Assembly: GCA_944354125.1 (NCBI GenBank)
Contig: CALVPT010000010.1
Location: 11,543-75,542 of the forward strand
Direction of reading: 5' to 3'
Length of the DNA: 64,000 nucleotides
DNA from: an uncultured Clostridia bacterium
GTDB lineage: Bacteria > Bacillota > Clostridia > Christensenellales > Borkfalkiaceae
The position numbers and the translations under genes are program-made. How positions within the stretch are numbered: position 1 is the first letter of the stretch; each line of letters starts with the position of its first letter. Under the pieces are notes generated by a model. It saw nothing but the letters and a program-made list of their open reading frames with translations, did no database searches and was not told where the DNA came from. Below, one piece after another: positions 9,514-19,811 of the stretch.

Positions 9514-11280
9514 ATGGATTACAGAAGTCAATATGAGATGTGGTGCGAAAGTCCTGTCTTTGACGAGGATACAAGGCGCGAACTTAAATCGCTTACCGAC
9601 GAAAAAGAAATAGAGGACAGGTTCTATAAGTCGCTGTCTTTCGGTACGGGCGGCTTAAGGGGTGTTTTAGGTGCCGGTACCAACCGCATGAACATATATA
9701 CGGTAGGCAAAGCTACTCAGGGACTTGCTAATTTTATAAATTCGCAGACCAAGAACGGCAGCGTCGTCATTGCATATGACAGCCGTCGCATGTCCCCTGA
9801 ATTTGCGCTCGACTCGGCGAAAATCCTTGCCGCTAACGGCATTAAGGCATATCTTTTCGAAAGTCTTCGGCCTACGCCTGAACTTTCCTTTGCAGTGGGA
9901 GAGATAGGAGCTACCGCAGGCATAGTCATAACTGCAAGCCACAATCCTCCCGAATACAACGGATATAAAGTGTATTGGACGGACGGAGGACAGATAGTTC
10001 CTCCTTATGACAAACTCATAATAGATGAAGTAAATAAGATAGATAACTATGCTGATATCAGGCGCATTTCCGAAACGGAAGCAAGAGAGAAAGGTCTTCT
10101 TGTGACAATTGGCAAGGAAATTGACGATAAGTTTGACGAAGCCGTAATGAGCCTCATTCTCAACAGAGATGCTATAAGTGCAAACAGAGATATGCGTATA
10201 GTATATACTCCCTTACATGGTACGGGCAATCTTCCCGTCCGTCGCATACTCAAAAAATTGGGATTTGAAAATGTATGGATAGTTCCCGAGCAGGCAGAAC
10301 CCGACGGCAATTTCCCTACGGTAAGTTACCCCAATCCAGAGGATAAGAAGGCGTTCAAACTTGCGCTTGATCTTGCTAAAAAAGTTGATGCGGAAATAGT
10401 TCTTGCAACCGACCCGGATGCCGATCGTCTCGGTGTATATGCAAAAGATAAATTGAGTGGCGAATATATGCCGTTTACCGGCAATATGAGCGGTCTGCTC
10501 ATTGCCGAATACGAACTATCTCAGCGTCGCGAAAAGGGACTGCTTCCTGCAGACACAAAGAATGGAGCGTTAGTTACTACTATAGTTTCTTCAAATATGG
10601 CTCATCCCATAGCCGATGAATACGGCTTGACTGTCATAGAGACGCTTACGGGTTTCAAGTATATTGGGGAGCAGATAAAGCTGTTCGAAGAGGCGAGAAA
10701 GGCTAACGGCGGTAAGCTCTGTGCGGCAAAAGGCGCATATGAGTATGAGTTCGGATACGAAGAGAGCTATGGCTGTCTGGTAGGCACGCATGCAAGGGAT
10801 AAGGATGCGGTTACAGCGGTGGTATGTCTCTGCGAAGCGGCGGCGTATTACAGACAGAAGGGGCTTACTCTTTGGGATGTAATGCTCAATATGTACAAAA
10901 AATACGGGTGCTATCTCGAGACGCTTTCGTTTGTAACTCTTGGCGGTGCAGACGGCGCTGAAAAGATACAGAATATAATTAAAAAGCTGCGCGAGCACAG
11001 CCCTGTCGAGCTCGGAGGGAAAAAGGTCATTGCTGTCAGGGACTATAAGTCCGGATTGCGCCGTGAGCTTGCTACGGGTAATTGTGCGCCTACAGGTTTG
11101 CCTGTAAGCAATGTGCTCTATTTTGAGCTTGAAGACGACGGGTGGTGTTGCGTCCGTCCTTCCGGCACCGAGCCGAAGATTAAGTTCTATTACGGCGTTA
11201 AGGAAAAGACCTTAGAAGACGCAGAAAGACTGCTTTCTGCGGTTAAAGACGATATGACTAAAGAGGTAGAAGCGGAGTAA
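9514..11280 (+). CDS. phosphomannomutase/phosphoglucomutase (alpha-D-phosphohexomutase superfamily, long PgcA-like form)
   Basis: Active-site loop is TASHNPPEYNGYKVY. Metal loop is ATDPDADRLG. Sugar-binding region is GYEESYG. Confidence 0.85.
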   Translation: MDYRSQYEMWCESPVFDEDTRRELKSLTDEKEIEDRFYKSLSFGTGGLRGVLGAGTNRMNIYTVGKATQGLANFINSQTKNGSVVIAYDSRRMSPEFALDSAKILAANGIKAYLFESLRPTPELSFAVGEIGATAGIVITASHNPPEYNGYKVYWTDGGQIVPPYDKLIIDEVNKIDNYADIRRISETEAREKGLLVTIGKEIDDKFDEAVMSLILNRDAISANRDMRIVYTPLHGTGNLPVRRILKKLGFENVWIVPEQAEPDGNFPTVSYPNPEDKKAFKLALDLAKKVDAEIVLATDPDADRLGVYAKDKLSGEYMPFTGNMSGLLIAEYELSQRREKGLLPADTKNGALVTTIVSSNMAHPIADEYGLTVIETLTGFKYIGEQIKLFEEARKANGGKLCAAKGAYEYEFGYEESYGCLVGTHARDKDAVTAVVCLCEAAAYYRQKGLTLWDVMLNMYKKYGCYLETLSFVTLGGADGAEKIQNIIKKLREHSPVELGGKKVIAVRDYKSGLRRELATGNCAPTGLPVSNVLYFELEDDGWCCVRPSGTEPKIKFYYGVKEKTLEDAERLLSAVKDDMTKEVEAE

Positions 11281-11284
11281 TCAT

Positions 11285-13516
11285 ATGAAATGCCTTGTCC
11301 TGGCAGGCGGCAGCAGCGACAGACTCTGGCCGCTTTCGAGAAGGGAATATCCCAAACAATTTATGGAAATACGTGAGGGGCGTTCGATGTTTCAAGAGAC
11401 AATCCTCAGGAATATTCCGTTCTGCGACGAGTTCGTAATACTCACCAACAAGCGCTATGAGAATGTAGTTAAGGGACAGTTGCAGGCATTTCAGGGCGTA
11501 AAGTATTCCGTTATCTTTGAAAATGAAGCGTTGAAAACGGCACCGCCCGTAATTGCTGTCGCACATATGTGCGTCTTGAACGAACAGCTTCTCATTGTTT
11601 CTTCCGAATGTATAATTGACGGTGATTATGCTACAAGCATCGCAAAGGTAAAAGAGGTCGCCCTGAACAACAGGATGGGCATCATAGTATGCGAGCCGAC
11701 AAATAATAGAACGGGTTATAATTTTATAAATAAGCGCGGCAATGTAGTTTCATGCAGTTATAAAAAAGGTAAGCACAGTCTTTGGGACTGTGGTATAATG
11801 GCAGTAAAGGCAGGCGTGTTGTTAAAGATTTTACCTGCTAAAACTGTTGAAAACTGCAATGAGATAAAGATTGAAAACGGAGAAATTGTTTCAGATTCAA
11901 TCGTTACGCCGATAAGCCTTGCAAAGCTTATCCATACGGATAAATGCGATTTAATAACGGCGACATTTAATTGGACGCGTATAACAGATATTTCTTCTTA
12001 CTACGAATTTTTAGATAAGCAGACTAAAAATAATTCTAATACTGTATCGCATAATTGCAAAGACGTAGAGATTGTAAACACGGTTGAAAGGCGGCTAATA
12101 GTTGCCAACAAACTCAAAAATATAGTAATAGTAAACACAAGAGATGCTGTTTTTGTCTCTGACAAGTCAAGCGAAGCGGATATCAAGGAGATAATGCAGC
12201 AGTACTACCCTTTCAAAAAATCGTATTTTGACATCCAGCCTCTCAGATATCAGACGTGGGGAATGGAAGAAACCCTGTATACAACGGACTGGGTAACGGT
12301 CACTAAGCTTGTCATATATCCTCGTGCATCGTATGAATTTAAATGCGGCGAAGGGTATGTAGCTAACTTTCTTATCATGAGAGGGGCTGCCCGCCTGGAA
12401 AGTGAGGTTGACGAGATCGATTATGATGTCGATCAGACGATAGTCGTTTCCGACGGTGCAGAATACAGGATATTCAATAAAGGGAAAGACAATCTACTGC
12501 TTGTATATACTCTAAAGAATAGCAATGCAATAAAGGATACGCATGTCAGAAACGATATGCTCGTTAAACTCGCTCCTGCCTTCAAGGATAATCTCTGGGG
12601 CGGAACGAGGATACGTGACGTGTTGCATAAGAATGTCGGAGATATGAAGATAATTGCGGAGAGCTGGGAGTTATCAGCTCATCCTAACGGTGAAGCCCAT
12701 ATCGATGGCGGACTGTTCGACGGAATGAGTTTTACCAATTATCTTAAGACGATTGGCAGGGAGAGCCTTGGCTGGAAGGCGCAGGGGTACGAGATGTTTC
12801 CCTTAATGATTAAGTTCATAGACGCCAAACAGAATCTGTCTATTCAGGTTCATCCTGCCGACGAGTATGCGCTTTCTGTTGAAGGCGAGTACGGTAAGAA
12901 TGAAATGTGGCATGTGCTTGAGGCTGATGAGGATGCTTGTCTTTATATAGGCTTTAACAGGGATGTAACTGCGGAAGAACTACGAAAGCGCATCAAAGAC
13001 GATACGCTGATGGAAGTTTTGAACAGGGTACCTGTAAAAAAGGGAGATACGTATTTTCTTAAGGCGGGTACGGTTCATGCAATAGGCGCGGGGTGCTTTA
13101 TCTGTGAGATACAGCAATCTTCGAACGTAACATATCGTCTTTACGATTACGGAAGAAAGGATAAGAACGGAAAGAAGAGAGAGCTTCATATTGACAAGGC
13201 GCTCGACGTTCTAAATATGAAGGCGATGGTTCCGCATGAACACCGTTACGGAGAAGCGCAGGTATATTCCGAGTATGTTAAGACAGTAATAGGTGAATGT
13301 AAATACTTTACGGTCACCCAGTATTATGTTGACGGAGAATGTCTCTTACCCATAACGGATATGAGTTTTCAGTCTGTAGTTGTAATTGAAGGCGAAGGAA
13401 CTATTTCCGACGGCAATGTTTCAAAGCCCTGTAAGTTCGGCGATACATTCTTTATAGCTGCTAAAGATTGCGTAACTGTAAAGGGAAAATTAAAAGTTTT
13501 GGTTTCAAGTGTTTAA
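11285..13516 (+). CDS. three-part fusion: ManC-like nucleotidyltransferase domain (atypical G-loop), type II PMI cupin, and type I mannose-6-phosphate isomerase (ManA)
   Basis: N-terminal part has LAGGSSDRLWPLSRREYPKQFM. The middle cupin has WGMEETLY...YPRASYEFKCGEGY. The C-terminal part has ESWELSAHPNGEA...QVHPADEYA...GKNEMWHVL...TVHAIGAG, typical of Firmicutes class I PMI. Confidence 0.8.
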   Translation: MKCLVLAGGSSDRLWPLSRREYPKQFMEIREGRSMFQETILRNIPFCDEFVILTNKRYENVVKGQLQAFQGVKYSVIFENEALKTAPPVIAVAHMCVLNEQLLIVSSECIIDGDYATSIAKVKEVALNNRMGIIVCEPTNNRTGYNFINKRGNVVSCSYKKGKHSLWDCGIMAVKAGVLLKILPAKTVENCNEIKIENGEIVSDSIVTPISLAKLIHTDKCDLITATFNWTRITDISSYYEFLDKQTKNNSNTVSHNCKDVEIVNTVERRLIVANKLKNIVIVNTRDAVFVSDKSSEADIKEIMQQYYPFKKSYFDIQPLRYQTWGMEETLYTTDWVTVTKLVIYPRASYEFKCGEGYVANFLIMRGAARLESEVDEIDYDVDQTIVVSDGAEYRIFNKGKDNLLLVYTLKNSNAIKDTHVRNDMLVKLAPAFKDNLWGGTRIRDVLHKNVGDMKIIAESWELSAHPNGEAHIDGGLFDGMSFTNYLKTIGRESLGWKAQGYEMFPLMIKFIDAKQNLSIQVHPADEYALSVEGEYGKNEMWHVLEADEDACLYIGFNRDVTAEELRKRIKDDTLMEVLNRVPVKKGDTYFLKAGTVHAIGAGCFICEIQQSSNVTYRLYDYGRKDKNGKKRELHIDKALDVLNMKAMVPHEHRYGEAQVYSEYVKTVIGECKYFTVTQYYVDGECLLPITDMSFQSVVVIEGEGTISDGNVSKPCKFGDTFFIAAKDCVTVKGKLKVLVSSV

Positions 13517-13531
13517 TTGAGGATTCTGAAT

Positions 13532-14554
13532 ATGAAGATTGTAGTTGATTGTAGATATTTAGGCAAATCAGGAATAGGTAGAGTATGTGAAGGAATCCTT
13601 GATAATTTAAACTACCAAGAGAATGAATATTATCTGTTGGGTGATCCAAAAAAATTAAATTCTTATAAGCAAGCAATTATTGTTGAGGATTTAACGAATC
13701 CTTTTTCAATAAAAGGACTACTTTGTTTTCCAAAGTATTTAAATAAAATATGTGATTGCATAATAATACCTAATTTTCTAATTCCTTTTGGCGTTAGAAT
13801 TCCTGTATATTCTGTTATACACGATTTAATATTTTTAGACTTGCCCAATATAACTACTAACGGTTTTATTGATAGAAATATAAAGAAACATCTTTTAAAA
13901 CGTTGTGTAAAAAAATCAGTAAAAATAGCATGTGTTTCGGGATTTACTAAGTCCAGATGCGAACATTATTATCCTAAGTTTTCCGATAAGTTTTATATTA
14001 ATTATATCGGGCTTTCCAAGGACGTGTTGAACTACAAAAATGATGTAAAAGAAAAGCAAAACATAATAATATATGTTGGAAATGTAAAACCTCATAAAGG
14101 TTTAAAAACTTTAATTGAAGCCTATAAAATGCTTCCTGCTGGGAAATACAGATTGAAAATTATAGGCGAAAGAGAGGGGTTTTTAACCGGAATGGATAGC
14201 TCAGAACTCAATGCAGAAGGAGTTGAATTTACAGGTAAATTGACAAATAATGATTTGATGATTGAAATCGCATCGGCAAGTTTTTTAGTTCAGCCGTCAT
14301 TATATGAAGGATTTGGGTTGCCACCACTTGAAGCGTTGTATTTGGGGACTAAACCTATAGTTTCGGATATACCAATATTTAAAGAAATTTATGGCGATTT
14401 CGATGTTGAATATTTTAAAGGCGAGAATCCTCAGGATTTAGTACGCGCAATAACGAATAGCAATAGTACTGTATGTAATTGTAAAGAGTTGATAACGAAA
14501 AAATTTAATTATAAACAATTTGAAGAGACGCTAATGTGTAATGTCGTAAATTAG
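13532..14554 (+). CDS. glycosyltransferase, GT4 family
   Basis: Motif EGFGLPPLEALYLGTKPIVSDIP is present. ATG 13532 is preferred (GAGGA ribosome binding site 8 nt upstream) over the TTG at 13517 given in the ORF track. Confidence 0.8.
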   Translation: MKIVVDCRYLGKSGIGRVCEGILDNLNYQENEYYLLGDPKKLNSYKQAIIVEDLTNPFSIKGLLCFPKYLNKICDCIIIPNFLIPFGVRIPVYSVIHDLIFLDLPNITTNGFIDRNIKKHLLKRCVKKSVKIACVSGFTKSRCEHYYPKFSDKFYINYIGLSKDVLNYKNDVKEKQNIIIYVGNVKPHKGLKTLIEAYKMLPAGKYRLKIIGEREGFLTGMDSSELNAEGVEFTGKLTNNDLMIEIASASFLVQPSLYEGFGLPPLEALYLGTKPIVSDIPIFKEIYGDFDVEYFKGENPQDLVRAITNSNSTVCNCKELITKKFNYKQFEETLMCNVVN

Positions 14555-14562
14555 GAGAATTA

Positions 14563-15984
14563 ATGGGGATAAGTATTGCATCATTAATAACTGTAGCAAT
14601 AATATGTTATTGTATAGTAAAAAACAACAGATACGGCATCAATTCTATCTTCAGAGAGTTGTTGTTGTTTACCGTATTTGTTTCGATTTTTATCAGTACT
14701 GGCAGTTTTATTCAGATAGGCACAGTTTCCATTGGGTATGATACGGCTGTTTCTTCCGTTTTGTTTTTATTTGCAATAGTTGTGCTGATAGCAAATAAGC
14801 AAAAGACAGATAAAAAATTATCTATTCTTGCATTTCTACTTATAATTTGTTTAGTTTTTGGAATATTATTATTGCTGGTAAATCCTTTTAAAGGACAAAT
14901 AATTCATAACATAAGCGATTGGGATGGCTATGTGTTGGGCAATGTAGAGAAGGACAATGGGGTCTGGGTAGATTTTTCAGAGACTTTTTTATTGCTATTT
15001 GCCTTTATTAGAATGGTTGTAATATTTTGTGCTGCCAGTAAATGTTTTACAAAAACCGATGACTTCAATGTTGTTTTAAATAAAAGCATACGCATATCGG
15101 ATATAATAATCTTGTATGGTTATGCGGAGCTGGTATTAAAATATATTTTTAATATTTCATTAACCGAGATTTTTCTTTTTACTTTTTTCGGGGAAAGTGA
15201 AACGTATGTCGGAACTGATAGGTTGATTGGTTTTACTAAGGAAGCTTCACAGTACGCAACGTCTCTATTTTTACTGGTAATTTTATATGTTTTGAAGATT
15301 CAAAATGATAGAATTAATGGTTTAAAGAATGCTAGTAGAATTTATATGCGCTTTATACTTGCAATGATATTGTTAATTTTTTCGACGTCTTTCAGTGCAT
15401 TCTATTATCTTATATTAATCTGTTTGCTTATTATAGTTACTTGCCTAAATAGTAAATGGCGCTTTATAGTTACGGGGATGATTTTACTGGCTGTTGTACT
15501 GCTTGCATTTACAATGCAGTCTGAAATAATTGGTAGATTAGAAAGAACTTTGACGGTAATTTGCCAGCTGTTTAATGGCGGCAATGTGTTGCCTACATCG
15601 GAAGGAGCGCGATTGACAAGTATTTTCGACAGCATCTTCGTTTTTTTAAAAAGACCGATGTTTGGAGTGGGGCTTGGAACTACAGATGCACACTCTACAT
15701 TGGTTTCTATGCTTGCAAATTGCGGGCTATCAGGTTTTTTGTTGTGGTTGTTGTTCTTGATAAGGCTTAATTTTAAAGGTAGGCGAAATACAAAGTGGTT
15801 AATATTTATAATTTTGCTTTCAATGCTATATTTGGGCGGAATAGGATATGCGGCAAAAGTGTATTATCCTTTTGTTATCATGTTGTCAGCAGGCTTGTCG
15901 GCAAATGGTAAAGCTAATAGTTATCGAAATGGATATGTAAAGCAACGGGAATCAGGAATTAAAAGACAAATATCGATAGTTTAA
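14563..15984 (+). CDS. wzy: O-antigen/EPS repeat-unit polymerase (Wzy-like, O-antigen ligase domain)
   Basis: 473 aa with at least 10 hydrophobic helices. A periplasmic-loop-like segment PMFGVGLGTTDAHSTLVSMLANCGLSGFLLW resembles the Wzy_C/O-antigen ligase motif. Confidence 0.7.
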   Translation: MGISIASLITVAIICYCIVKNNRYGINSIFRELLLFTVFVSIFISTGSFIQIGTVSIGYDTAVSSVLFLFAIVVLIANKQKTDKKLSILAFLLIICLVFGILLLLVNPFKGQIIHNISDWDGYVLGNVEKDNGVWVDFSETFLLLFAFIRMVVIFCAASKCFTKTDDFNVVLNKSIRISDIIILYGYAELVLKYIFNISLTEIFLFTFFGESETYVGTDRLIGFTKEASQYATSLFLLVILYVLKIQNDRINGLKNASRIYMRFILAMILLIFSTSFSAFYYLILICLLIIVTCLNSKWRFIVTGMILLAVVLLAFTMQSEIIGRLERTLTVICQLFNGGNVLPTSEGARLTSIFDSIFVFLKRPMFGVGLGTTDAHSTLVSMLANCGLSGFLLWLLFLIRLNFKGRRNTKWLIFIILLSMLYLGGIGYAAKVYYPFVIMLSAGLSANGKANSYRNGYVKQRESGIKRQISIV

Positions 15985-16060
15985 TTTTGTAAGTTAGACT
16001 ATCGGCTGTTATGAACCTCATATTGGAAATCGGGTTATGAATTTTGGGGAGATGTAAATT

Positions 16061-17125
16061 ATGAAAAATATAACTTTGTCTGCAGTAAATTTATCGACAG
16101 AAGATCGTATTACTGGAATACAGCGTGCGTGCCGGGAAATTATCTTAAGAATAGATAAGTTATTGCCTCAATATAATGATTTGTATGTAGAATATATATA
16201 CAATCACGGCGCTAAAAACAATATTATTGGAGTGTCAGAGTTTGAAAATATTAAACCTGTAGAAATGGACAGCGTACACAGAACGATAAACCAGCTTATT
16301 TATGTGCCTCGATATATTAAAAAAAAGCATAGTAAGGGGATTTGTATATCGTTGGAGATGTTAGGGGCTAAGGGTTGTGTTAACACCATTTATGATCTTA
16401 GACCTTTATTGTTTAGGAATTATGATTCTTTTAAATTTAGAATGAAGTTCAGAATGATGATGCTTGTTGCTAAGATGTTCTCAAAAAAAATAGTTACGGA
16501 TTCAGATTATCAGAAAAATGATATAGTAAAATATCTTAAAGTTAAAGAGGATGATGTAATTACTATCTATATGGGTTGGGAGCATATGAATTCTATACAG
16601 TCAGATGATAGTATTTTACATAGGTATGATAAAATAAAACCTAAAGAGTATTATTTTGCGTTAGGGTCATTAGCGCCCCATAAAAATTTTAAGTGGATTA
16701 TAGAAGTAGCTAAACGAAACCCACACCATAATTTTGTTATTGCCGGCGGTAAAAATTTAAAAAATTGGAAGGATAACATAGAAACGAGAGATTTAAAGAA
16801 TGTAATATTTACTGGTTATATTACTGATGGTGAAAATAAGGCGTTGATGCAAAATTGTAAGGCCTTTTTGTTCCCTTCTAAATATGAAGGGTTTGGTATA
16901 CCTCCGCTTGAAGCATTGGCGTGCGGAGCACCAATAATTATATCTAATGCGACGTGTTTGCCAGAAATTTATGAAGATTGTGCGCGTTATTTTGACCCTG
17001 ATGACTATGAGGTTGATTTAGATGAACTTTTAAATAAAGTGGTTGCTTCTCCTGAAAAAGTATTATCTAAGTGCAGTTGGGATAGAGCTGCAATGCAGTG
17101 GCTTGAGATTATGAGGAATTATTAA
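16061..17125 (+). CDS. glycosyltransferase, GT4 family
   Basis: Motif FPSKYEGFGIPPLEALACGAPIIISN is present. GGGGAG ribosome binding site. Confidence 0.8.
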   Translation: MKNITLSAVNLSTEDRITGIQRACREIILRIDKLLPQYNDLYVEYIYNHGAKNNIIGVSEFENIKPVEMDSVHRTINQLIYVPRYIKKKHSKGICISLEMLGAKGCVNTIYDLRPLLFRNYDSFKFRMKFRMMMLVAKMFSKKIVTDSDYQKNDIVKYLKVKEDDVITIYMGWEHMNSIQSDDSILHRYDKIKPKEYYFALGSLAPHKNFKWIIEVAKRNPHHNFVIAGGKNLKNWKDNIETRDLKNVIFTGYITDGENKALMQNCKAFLFPSKYEGFGIPPLEALACGAPIIISNATCLPEIYEDCARYFDPDDYEVDLDELLNKVVASPEKVLSKCSWDRAAMQWLEIMRNY

Positions 17126-18286
17126 ATGAAAATAAATTTTTATCTTACGCAGAATCGAAATATGCGTGACGGGGTTACTCATTATGCGCACGAGATTATA
17201 AAACGAATTCCTACAGGGGGTGACTTGCGGTTACAAGGGGATGCTTTTATAACTATAAAAGATAAAAAAGAAACCGTTAGTTCTTATTTTAAATCGGTGT
17301 TGCCTTCGGTAGAGTTAAATATAAAAAAAACTCCGTTCAGAATGAGAACGCTGGATAAGTTTACTGATTTTCGTATGCCGTTTTCATACGAAAAGATTTT
17401 TGGAACTAAGCCAGATGTAGTGGTATTTTTTCATAATTTTTTGCCAAGGATAAGGATAAATGCAAAGAAAGTGGTAGTAATTCATGATTTGACACCACTT
17501 TATCAAGACGGATTATCGAAAAAAAAGAAAAAAATATATTATAAAAGGTATCTTCATTCTGTCAAAAACGCAGACTTAATATTCACGGATTCTGAATACT
17601 CAAAGGCAGATATATGTAATAGGTTTCCAGTTGCAAATGGGAAAATAATTGTAAATTATTGTGGGATAGACAATAAGAAATTTTCAACAGCTATAGATGA
17701 GGCCAAGCGAGCTGAGTCTTTGCTTAAATATAATATTGATAGTAAATATATTTTGTTTATGGGGCAAGCTAGAGAGAATAAAAATTTATTTAACTTAATC
17801 AAAGCGTATTCATTATTGCCTGATAAATTAAAGAAAAAATTTAAACTTGTGCTTGCAAATTCAAATAAAAAGCTTATTGATTTTGCGTTAAAAATAGGAA
17901 TAGACAGAGATGTGGTTTTTTTGAATGGTATCGAAGAGAGCGATGTAGTAAGTATATATCAGTCAGCTTCTTTGCTAGCTTTGGTATCTTTTTCCGAAGG
18001 TTTTGGTTTGCCTTTGGTGGAAGCAATGGCAGCAGGCATACCCGTTATAGCTTCAAATGTGTCATGTCTGCCTGAAGTTGCAGGAGGGGCTGCACTGCTT
18101 GTTAATCCATATGAACCCGCCGATATTGCTGCTGGAATGGCGAAGGCATTAACTGATGCTGAATTAAGAAACAAAATGATTGAAAAAGGCAAGGTTAATG
18201 CTTCTAAATTTTCTTGGGAAATAACATCTAAAAAATTTTATTCCGAACTTATAAGGTTACACAATAATGCAAATAGAAAGAACTAA
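17126..18286 (+). CDS. glycosyltransferase, GT4 family
   Basis: Motif [31 protein letters not shown] is present. The gene starts directly after the upstream stop. Confidence 0.85.
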   Translation: MKINFYLTQNRNMRDGVTHYAHEIIKRIPTGGDLRLQGDAFITIKDKKETVSSYFKSVLPSVELNIKKTPFRMRTLDKFTDFRMPFSYEKIFGTKPDVVVFFHNFLPRIRINAKKVVVIHDLTPLYQDGLSKKKKKIYYKRYLHSVKNADLIFTDSEYSKADICNRFPVANGKIIVNYCGIDNKKFSTAIDEAKRAESLLKYNIDSKYILFMGQARENKNLFNLIKAYSLLPDKLKKKFKLVLANSNKKLIDFALKIGIDRDVVFLNGIEESDVVSIYQSASLLALVSFSEGFGLPLVEAMAAGIPVIASNVSCLPEVAGGAALLVNPYEPADIAAGMAKALTDAELRNKMIEKGKVNASKFSWEITSKKFYSELIRLHNNANRKN

Positions 18287-19790
18287 AAACTCAGCAAAAA
18301 ATATCATTAGCGGATTTATCATGCGAATAATATCAATGCTTATGCCTTTTATTATTCGTACTTTAATAATTAAAAAATTAGGAGTTGATTATCTAGGTCT
18401 TAATTCGTTATTTTCTTCTATTTTGCAAGTTCTTTCATTATCTGAGCTAGGTTTTGCAACGGCTGTCGCTTATAGTATGTACAAACCTATTGCTGAAGAT
18501 AACAAAGAGCTGATATGTGCTCTTTTAAATCTAATTAAAAAGATTTATCGGGTGGTCGGTATTATTATACTTATATTAGGCATAGCTGTTATGCCTTTCT
18601 TAACGTATCTTATTGAAGGTGATTATCCGCAAGATATTAATTTATATATTTTATATTCAATTTATTTAATAAATACGGCAATAAGTTATTTCTTATTTGC
18701 ATATAAGGGTGTATTATTATCGGCGCATAACAAAACAGATATAGAAAATAATATTACAACTATTGCTTATGTTATAATGTATGTTTCACAAATAATAATA
18801 TTATTAACCATCCAGAATTATTATGTATATTTAATAATGCTACCTGTTTCTACTCTCATTATTAATTTTCTTAGGTCCTACATGGTTAAGAAAAAATATC
18901 CTGAATATATCGCTAATGGTATGGTTGATGCTATTACAAAAAAGAGGGTTTATGCCAACATAGGTGCGTTAATAGGACATAGATTAAGTGGTGTTGCTGT
19001 AGCACCAGTAAGCCATATAATAATATCAGCAATGCTTGGATTAACAGAAGTGGCTATATATGATAACTATTATTATGTGATTAATGCTTTGTTGGCTATT
19101 GTTGGTGTAGTTTATGTTTCTATAACAGCAGGACTTGGAAATAGTATAGTAACAGAAAGTATTGAAGCTAATAGGATTAAATTTAACAACCTGACGTTTT
19201 TAAATGTTTGGATTATAGGTTGGATGTCTATTTGCTTATTATGTCTGTATCAACCATTTATGGTTATATGGGTTGGGGAAGAGCTTACGCTTCCGTTTTA
19301 TTGTGTAGTACTTTTTGTAATTTATTTTTATAGTTGGAAATTCAAGGATCTACTTTGTACTTATAAAGAAGCCGCCGGTATGTGGAAAGCAGATTTGTTA
19401 AAACCATACGTAGTCACGGTGATAGATATAATTCTAAATGTTGTACTTATTAAGTATTGGGGCATAGCTGGTACTTTAGTTGCGACAATAATAAGTATTC
19501 CTGTAATATGCTTGCCGTGGGAAACTCATGTTTTTTTTAAGGGATACTTGGGTAAAGGTGAAGGCAGATATTATTTAAAATTACTCATATATACAATATG
19601 TTTAGTGGCTATTGCTGCATTCACATATTTTATTTGCGGGCTTTTGCCGGCAAATGGTATAGGGTGGTTTATATTAAAAGCCATAATATGTGTGTTTTTA
19701 CCAAATTGTTTGATAATCTTATTAACCTTTAAGACTTCTGAATTTAAGTGGATTTTAGGTAAGTTAAAGTATTTGATTGCAAGACATTAA
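18267..19790 (+). CDS. wzx: polysaccharide flippase (Wzx, MOP/PST family)
   Basis: 507 aa with about 12-14 TM helices. The N-terminus NSAKNIISGF...IIRTLIIKKLGVDYLGLNSLFSSIL is typical of Wzx-type transporters. Confidence 0.8.
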   Translation: MQIERTKNSAKNIISGFIMRIISMLMPFIIRTLIIKKLGVDYLGLNSLFSSILQVLSLSELGFATAVAYSMYKPIAEDNKELICALLNLIKKIYRVVGIIILILGIAVMPFLTYLIEGDYPQDINLYILYSIYLINTAISYFLFAYKGVLLSAHNKTDIENNITTIAYVIMYVSQIIILLTIQNYYVYLIMLPVSTLIINFLRSYMVKKKYPEYIANGMVDAITKKRVYANIGALIGHRLSGVAVAPVSHIIISAMLGLTEVAIYDNYYYVINALLAIVGVVYVSITAGLGNSIVTESIEANRIKFNNLTFLNVWIIGWMSICLLCLYQPFMVIWVGEELTLPFYCVVLFVIYFYSWKFKDLLCTYKEAAGMWKADLLKPYVVTVIDIILNVVLIKYWGIAGTLVATIISIPVICLPWETHVFFKGYLGKGEGRYYLKLLIYTICLVAIAAFTYFICGLLPANGIGWFILKAIICVFLPNCLIILLTFKTSEFKWILGKLKYLIARH

Positions 19791-19811
19791 ATTATTTTTG
19801 TGTGTAGATGA

